Source: a virus (taxonomy: Duplodnaviria; Heunggongvirae; Uroviricota; Caudoviricetes). From it: 53,090 nucleotides of DNA. The stretch is from IMG/VR virus record IMGVR_UViG_2684623011_000001, positions 1-53,090 of that record. The stretch is one strand, 5' to 3'. Position numbers and translations under genes: made by a program. Positions 47,518 to 53,090 of the stretch are shown here, in pieces. The notes beneath the pieces were generated by a model. The model made no database searches. It was not told where the DNA came from and saw nothing but the letters and a program-made list of their open reading frames with translations. Within the stretch, counting starts at the first letter, position 1. Each line of letters begins with the position of its first letter.

Positions 47518-48888
47518 ATGGGAACAAAAAAAGCAAAATATTGGAATAATCACAATGTTCTCCATTTTGAAAGTGATGATCAGCAAATTCAAATACTAGA
47601 TCAAAATGGATCTGTATTAGGGACATTAAGGGAAATGGTGTTCCAAGGAAAACAAATAACTAGTGGTAATATAACTGATATTAAGCATTCAGGTGTGTAT
47701 CGAATCCGAGGATTGAATGATACTCCGAATGGTGTGCCAAGAGATCAGGAATGCATTTTATCTGTTACTGCTATTGGAGAGGATAGTAATAATCCAAGTT
47801 TAATTATTTACCGACTCATCGCTCCAAATGGAATGATTACCGAACAAACAGTGTCGGGCCCATCACATTCTGGATGGGGTACTGGTGGTATCGGGTTACA
47901 AAATACCATTAATACAATTAACAATAGTCTTGGTGAAATTAGTAAATTAAAAACCAATGCTAAAAATATAGTTGATGCAATTAATGAATTAAAAGGTTCA
48001 ATTACTGGCACTAGCAACACCCTAAATGAGTTTAAGCATCACAACCATGATGATAGGTATTTAAAGAAAACAGGTGATTTATCATCGGGAACTATAGCTC
48101 TCGCAAATGGACAAAGTTTTTCTAGCGTTTCTGGCAGCGGCTCTTCATGGGTAAGCCTTGCTAGAATGCAAGGAGATAACGTTATTCTTGGTGATGATTC
48201 ATTTGACACCAATTTAAAAGGAAAAAATATTAAGATTAACGGCTCACCAGTTTTAACTATTGACGAATTGAAAAAACAGAATGTTGATGCTAGTACTCTG
48301 GGTGGAATGAAGGCTAGTGACTTTATAAAGGTGAATGGCGATGATACCAAAAATGGTAATTTAGCTTTAACTCATAATCATCACATTCAATTTGATGTTG
48401 GAGGCACCGCCCCTATACTTTTAGATATTAAGTCTAAAGGTGAGGCGGTCAGTCATATATCAGCAGATTCAACTGGCCGACTAGCATATAACTATAACGG
48501 TGCACAGGTTATAGTTGAAGCAGGAGACAGAACGCTTAACCTGCGTCATATGAATGGTATTGTTCTAGAAGATCACGTCAATGATGATCAAGAGCCTAGA
48601 CTCACATGGAGACGTCTTGACGACCAAGGACATCCAATGGATGCTGGAATCTGGCTCGCACAACCGGCCAAATGGGGTGGATGGTCAGACTATGACAAAA
48701 AGCATTCTGTAGTTTGGTGGAATGGTAGAACTAACCAGGGAATCGTGCAATACGGGGTAGGTGCCAACGGTGAAACTCTGCATATTCTTCATTCTCCTTA
48801 CATCGGTGATCATAGACGAAGATTATTTATGCAGGACGAACAGCCTAGTGGAGACGTTCCAGTGGGATCAGTCTGGATTGGTATTTAG
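47518..48888 (+). CDS. Tail fibre / receptor-binding protein
   Basis: Fibre motifs LKTNAKNIVDAINEL, HNHDDRY and DASTLGG, plus a C-terminal P...GSVWI. Confidence 0.7.
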   Translation: MGTKKAKYWNNHNVLHFESDDQQIQILDQNGSVLGTLREMVFQGKQITSGNITDIKHSGVYRIRGLNDTPNGVPRDQECILSVTAIGEDSNNPSLIIYRLIAPNGMITEQTVSGPSHSGWGTGGIGLQNTINTINNSLGEISKLKTNAKNIVDAINELKGSITGTSNTLNEFKHHNHDDRYLKKTGDLSSGTIALANGQSFSSVSGSGSSWVSLARMQGDNVILGDDSFDTNLKGKNIKINGSPVLTIDELKKQNVDASTLGGMKASDFIKVNGDDTKNGNLALTHNHHIQFDVGGTAPILLDIKSKGEAVSHISADSTGRLAYNYNGAQVIVEAGDRTLNLRHMNGIVLEDHVNDDQEPRLTWRRLDDQGHPMDAGIWLAQPAKWGGWSDYDKKHSVVWWNGRTNQGIVQYGVGANGETLHILHSPYIGDHRRRLFMQDEQPSGDVPVGSVWIGI

Positions 48889-48899
48889 GAGGTGAACAT

Positions 48900-49571
48900 A
48901 TGCCATTTGTAAATTATAGAGGAGCCAATGGAGAATGGATCAAACTTGGTGGTGGCAATGTTCGCGTTTCCAATGGACATAATTGGATTCCTCCCAGAGC
49001 AAGAATTTGGACTGGGAGTGAATGGAAAAATTTACTGGAAGAAAGACACGTAGATACATGGGAATGCACCGGTGTACAGTCGTTTTGGTCATGGGGAGCC
49101 GCTAAAGGATGGTCAGCTTTAGTTAGACCAGACCGTCCAACGCAAGGCTGCTACCGTCCGTATCATGACTCTTACGATTGGGGCGATGAAAGCGCTCAAA
49201 TCTACTTTGACTGGGGTAATATTCAAAATACACTTCGAGGAGCTAAAATAGAAAAAGTGGAGATTTATATGCATTGTCTTCACTCTATGAATTATAACGG
49301 GGGACAAGGAGTATTCGGACTCCATAATGCACCGGGTTGGCAATCTAAGTATTCTGAAACCAATTTTGGAGTTGCTCGCGCATGGTATAGCAGAAGAGAC
49401 CAGGGACAATGGATAACACTCCCAAATTGGGTTGGAGACAATTTTAGAGACGGTAGCGTTAAAGGAATTACGTGTCGAGCTGGTGATACAGCGGGAGTCA
49501 GATACTTATGGTATGCGGGATCAGCAGATGGTTGGAAAAAGCCTAAGATTCGGATTACTTATTGGAAATAA
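48900..49571 (+). CDS. Fibre-associated / minor tail protein
   Basis: Trp/Gly-rich beta protein ending PKIRITY, directly after the fibre gene. Confidence 0.55.
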   Translation: MPFVNYRGANGEWIKLGGGNVRVSNGHNWIPPRARIWTGSEWKNLLEERHVDTWECTGVQSFWSWGAAKGWSALVRPDRPTQGCYRPYHDSYDWGDESAQIYFDWGNIQNTLRGAKIEKVEIYMHCLHSMNYNGGQGVFGLHNAPGWQSKYSETNFGVARAWYSRRDQGQWITLPNWVGDNFRDGSVKGITCRAGDTAGVRYLWYAGSADGWKKPKIRITYWK

Positions 49572-49602
49572 TTTGTACCTAAATAAAGATAAAGAGGAAT
49601 AG

Positions 49603-50553
49603 ATGTCGAAGAAACTAACTAATCAGGAATTTTTACGTCGTGTTCAAAGCATTTATGGTGATGAATATGAGTTTATGGATGAGTACGTTAGTATGTATGT
49701 AAAAATTCGGTGTAAGCATATAGAATGTGGAAAACAAATATTAGTCACACCACATGATTTCTTGCGGGGACATGGATGTGCACTTTGCTCTGATAAGAAA
49801 AGACTAGAAAATAATAAGAACCACAACAAAAATCGTTTTCTAGAAAGATTATTAGAACGAAGTGGTGGTCGTATTATACTAATGGGTGATTGGACGAATT
49901 CAACCGAGCCAACAATGTTCTATGATTCAGAATGTGGCACATGGTATAAGGCTATCCCTAATTCAGTAGACAAAAGTTTTCACTTCGCCTGTCCTAGATG
50001 CATAGTACGGAGCAAACCAAAAGATGATAAAGTATTTCAAAAAGAAGTTAGAGAGTTATACGGTGAAGAGTATACGTTTTTAGAAAAGTATAAAAATGCA
50101 ACCACAAAAATAGAATGTCAACATAATATATGCGGCTATGTGTGGAAAATACAACCCAATAACTTCTTAACGGGATATGGTTGCCCTAGATGTAGTCAAT
50201 CTCATGGAGAAAAGGCTATAGAAAAATGGCTATCTCAAAACAACTATGACTTTATTCCTCAAAAGATTTTTCCCGCCTGTAGAGACAAACGACCTCTACC
50301 ATTTGATTTCTTTCTTCCGCAGTATAATCTTGCTATCGAATATGATGGTGAACAACACTACAAGCCCTTTCGCCATTTTGGCGGAGAAGAAAAATATAGG
50401 ATTCGTCGTAATCATGATTTGATGAAAAATAAGTATTGCGCTGATAATAATATTAATCTATTACGTATTCCATATACTGTTATCGGGGGAAATGTCGGTA
50501 AAGTAATTCAGAATAAATTAGATGAATTAAAACAACTCGATAACGTTGCTTAA
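49603..50553 (+). CDS. Free-standing homing-type endonuclease (Zn-ribbon repeats plus Vsr/DUF559-like nuclease)
   Basis: Three repeats ending in CxxC, then SHGEKAI...FDFFLP..NLAIEYDGEQH...D..KN.YC....LLRI. Confidence 0.82.
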   Translation: MSKKLTNQEFLRRVQSIYGDEYEFMDEYVSMYVKIRCKHIECGKQILVTPHDFLRGHGCALCSDKKRLENNKNHNKNRFLERLLERSGGRIILMGDWTNSTEPTMFYDSECGTWYKAIPNSVDKSFHFACPRCIVRSKPKDDKVFQKEVRELYGEEYTFLEKYKNATTKIECQHNICGYVWKIQPNNFLTGYGCPRCSQSHGEKAIEKWLSQNNYDFIPQKIFPACRDKRPLPFDFFLPQYNLAIEYDGEQHYKPFRHFGGEEKYRIRRNHDLMKNKYCADNNINLLRIPYTVIGGNVGKVIQNKLDELKQLDNVA

Positions 50554-50626
50554 AATTAAATACTAAATATTTTAAGGAGGAAACTTCTAAGGAGGACGAA
50601 TAAATACTCGAAAGGAGCAATTTATT

Positions 50627-51925
50627 TTGTTCAAGAAGTTTCTAAAGAAAGCTGCTTTAACAGTAGCAGTATTAGGATTGACTATACCTGTGACGACAGG
50701 TGTTGTTAATGTAACAAATCATGACAATGTGGCATATGCTGCTAAGGGAGACCATGGTCCCGACTGGTCGAAATATCAGGGCGCAAATGGAATTTTTGGT
50801 TATCCAGATGACAAATTTGCTATCATCCAAATGGGTGGTACTACCACAGGATGGAACCTTTACGACCAATGGACTTATGGCCCACAAGTTTCTAGTGCAA
50901 TTGCACAAGGAAAACGGGCTCATAACTATATTTGGTGGCAAAACGTTACTACTAATCAACAGGCAGACCAAGTATTAAATTACTTCCTGCCTAAGGTGCA
51001 GACACCGAGAGGCTCAATTATAGCTCTGGACGTTGAGTCAGGCTATCAGAGCACCCAGGCAATTGATCACGCTTGTCAACGAATTAAAGACGCAGGTTTT
51101 ACGCCAATGGTTTATGGTTACAAGAATTATCTTGTGAATAACACAGATCTCCATTATCTAGCAAGCAAGTATCAACTGTGGTTGGCGGAATATCCTAATT
51201 ATTCAGTAACTAGAGAACCTAATTATAACTTCTTCCCTAGCTTTGAAAATATTGGTATATTCCAATATACGTCAACAGCGATTGCTGGTGGTCTTGATCG
51301 GAATATTGACCTTACTGGTATTACCGATAATGGTTACGTCAATGGGAATTCACAAAAGCCAAAGACCGAAACTCCTGCAACGGAACAAGGTAAGCAAATT
51401 CGTAAAGATACTCATAACTACACCGTGAGATCTGGTGATAGCTGGTGGGCAATAGCAAATCGTTATGGCATGGAAATGAACGCTTTAGCACAACTGAATG
51501 GCAAGACCATCAATGATGTAATTCACCCAGGTCAAGTTATTCGTGTTGCTGATAAAGGAGATGGTCAATCTGTTTCAAACAAGGTTAACACCACCCCCGC
51601 ACAACCAAAGCCAGCTCAACCTAGTGCACAATATTACACAGTACGCTACGGCGATTCATTCTGGTCCATTGCAAACAAGTATGGAATGAATATGTACAAA
51701 CTTGCTGCTAATAATGGATTAAGCATTAACTCAGTTATTTACCCTGGGCAACGCTTAAAGGTGAGTGGTAATGTACAAGTAACTCAAAAGGTTCACTATG
51801 TTAAATATGGTGAAACGCTAAGCGGAATTGCTGCACAGCTCGGAACTACTGTATCTCATTTACAAGCAGTAAACGGAATTCGAAACGCTAACTATATCTG
51901 GGTCGGCCAAAGAATCGCTGCATAA
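50627..51925 (+). CDS. Endolysin: signal peptide, GH25 muramidase and three LysM domains
   Basis: Basic-hydrophobic N-terminus ending AYA, motifs DWSKYQG and ALDVE, and three YTVR.GD/YVKYGE LysM repeats. Confidence 0.92.
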   Translation: MFKKFLKKAALTVAVLGLTIPVTTGVVNVTNHDNVAYAAKGDHGPDWSKYQGANGIFGYPDDKFAIIQMGGTTTGWNLYDQWTYGPQVSSAIAQGKRAHNYIWWQNVTTNQQADQVLNYFLPKVQTPRGSIIALDVESGYQSTQAIDHACQRIKDAGFTPMVYGYKNYLVNNTDLHYLASKYQLWLAEYPNYSVTREPNYNFFPSFENIGIFQYTSTAIAGGLDRNIDLTGITDNGYVNGNSQKPKTETPATEQGKQIRKDTHNYTVRSGDSWWAIANRYGMEMNALAQLNGKTINDVIHPGQVIRVADKGDGQSVSNKVNTTPAQPKPAQPSAQYYTVRYGDSFWSIANKYGMNMYKLAANNGLSINSVIYPGQRLKVSGNVQVTQKVHYVKYGETLSGIAAQLGTTVSHLQAVNGIRNANYIWVGQRIAA

Positions 51926-51959
51926 CATATTCGTTTGTAAAACACGGGTTTTATAAACC

Positions 51960-51990
51960 AAAAGTCTTCCTTTGGGAGGCTTTTTATTTT
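51960..51990 (+). terminator. Intrinsic terminator after the endolysin
   Basis: AAAAGTCTTCC-TTT-GGGAGGCTTTT followed by a T-tract. Confidence 0.8.
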
Positions 51991-52062
51991 GATGTTTTTT
52001 TAGCGAAATCAAGGCTTCTGAGACGTCCCGTGATAACATATATTCCAGGGAGGAGGTAGGAT

Positions 52063-53090
52063 ATGCGGGCATCTGAGCTCAAAAAATACTTAGTATCTAA
52101 CATTAATAAAATACATATAGTTTTAGAAAATACTGGATTTCATGATATTACTGAACGTAATGGAGAAATTCGATGCGCCCTACCTAATATGGATAATCCA
52201 ACAGGTGTCATGATTAAACTTGATGAATCAATGTATACTTCATTGTTTGAAATCGGCTATAACGGAGACTTTTTTGGTGCTCTAGAAAAAGTTATGGATT
52301 CAGATTTCAAAGAGGTTATGGACTATATTCATAACTTATTAGGATTATCGAGAAATGGTGATGGAAGCACATATGATCCATTAAAAGAACTTAAAATGCT
52401 TCAAAAAGGATCGCATATCGATTCGGAAAAATCTAATAATCTATATGATTCTTCTTATTTAAATAGATTTGTTTCTGGTGTCCCAGCCAGTTTAATCGAA
52501 GAAGGTATCTCCCCTCAAGTGATTAGAAAATTTAATATATGTGTCGAGCCTTTTAGAGAGCGTATTATATTTCCCCATTATGACTGGATACATAACGACA
52601 AGATAGTGGGTATAAAAGGTAGGACGACACAAGATCTAGAAACAATGAAACTGTTAAACACTCCTAAGTATTGGAATTACATCAAGGGATATAGGCAAAA
52701 TGCTAATCTTTATGGGTTTAATATTACAAAAAACAATTTAAATCAGAGTAATATGCTTATTATCTTCGAAGCAGAAAAGTCTGTACTTAAAGAGTATACA
52801 TATAAACAGGGTAAAGGATGTTCTGTTGCGTTAGGTGGTCATTCAATTAGCAAGCCACAGGTGGATTTTATATTGAAACATACACCTATAAATTGCGAAA
52901 TTGTTTTGGCTTTTGATAAAGACGTAATGACTAAGAAAATTGAGGGTGAAGAGTATATCAGAGCCGAAGCTCAAAAATTTAGCCCATTTCGCAGTGTTAG
53001 TTACATATGGGATAAGTATGATTTGCTTGGCGAAAAAGATTCACCTGTTGATAGAGGGGTAAAAATTTGGAAATATTTATTAAAGTGGAG
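52063..53090 (+). CDS. dnaG: DnaG-like DNA primase, truncated at the window end
   Basis: RBS AGGAGG. Open frame with RIIFP, IVGIKGR, NLYG, TOPRIM IFEAEKS and LAFDKD, and KDSPVD. Confidence 0.85.
   Translation, partial: MRASELKKYLVSNINKIHIVLENTGFHDITERNGEIRCALPNMDNPTGVMIKLDESMYTSLFEIGYNGDFFGALEKVMDSDFKEVMDYIHNLLGLSRNGDGSTYDPLKELKMLQKGSHIDSEKSNNLYDSSYLNRFVSGVPASLIEEGISPQVIRKFNICVEPFRERIIFPHYDWIHNDKIVGIKGRTTQDLETMKLLNTPKYWNYIKGYRQNANLYGFNITKNNLNQSNMLIIFEAEKSVLKEYTYKQGKGCSVALGGHSISKPQVDFILKHTPINCEIVLAFDKDVMTKKIEGEEYIRAEAQKFSPFRSVSYIWDKYDLLGEKDSPVDRGVKIWKYLLKW

Larger units (their letters stand above)
1..53090. mobile_element. Segment of a large SPbeta-like siphoviral phage-plasmid (plasmid prophage)
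   Basis: RepA_N initiator and partition genes are contiguous with a complete terminase-portal-capsid-tail-lysis module. No host housekeeping genes are present. Confidence 0.88.

Overview
The whole window is part of a large, low-GC temperate siphophage that is probably kept as a plasmid (phage-plasmid). The endolysin, holin and tail-fibre types suggest a Lactobacillaceae-like Firmicute host (inference). From left to right: (i) an array of near-consensus sigma-A promoters, each overlapped by a palindromic operator, next to a small protein gene; (ii) about 2.3 kb of non-coding DNA with telomere-like simple repeats, a strand-skew switch, iterated motifs and a candidate sRNA; (iii) a plasmid maintenance block with two partition cassettes (ParM/ParR and ParA plus partner) and a RepA_N initiator with a probable antisense RNA; (iv) wHTH, sigma-like and HU genes; (v) an SPbeta-like head and tail module including a tyrosine recombinase, a 2968-aa tape measure protein and a baseplate protein fused to a flagellinolysin-like HExxH metallopeptidase; (vi) a free-standing endonuclease, a secreted GH25-LysM endolysin and a primase truncated by the window edge. 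No tRNA, rRNA or CRISPR array was seen. All family calls come from motif recognition and gene order, not from database searches.
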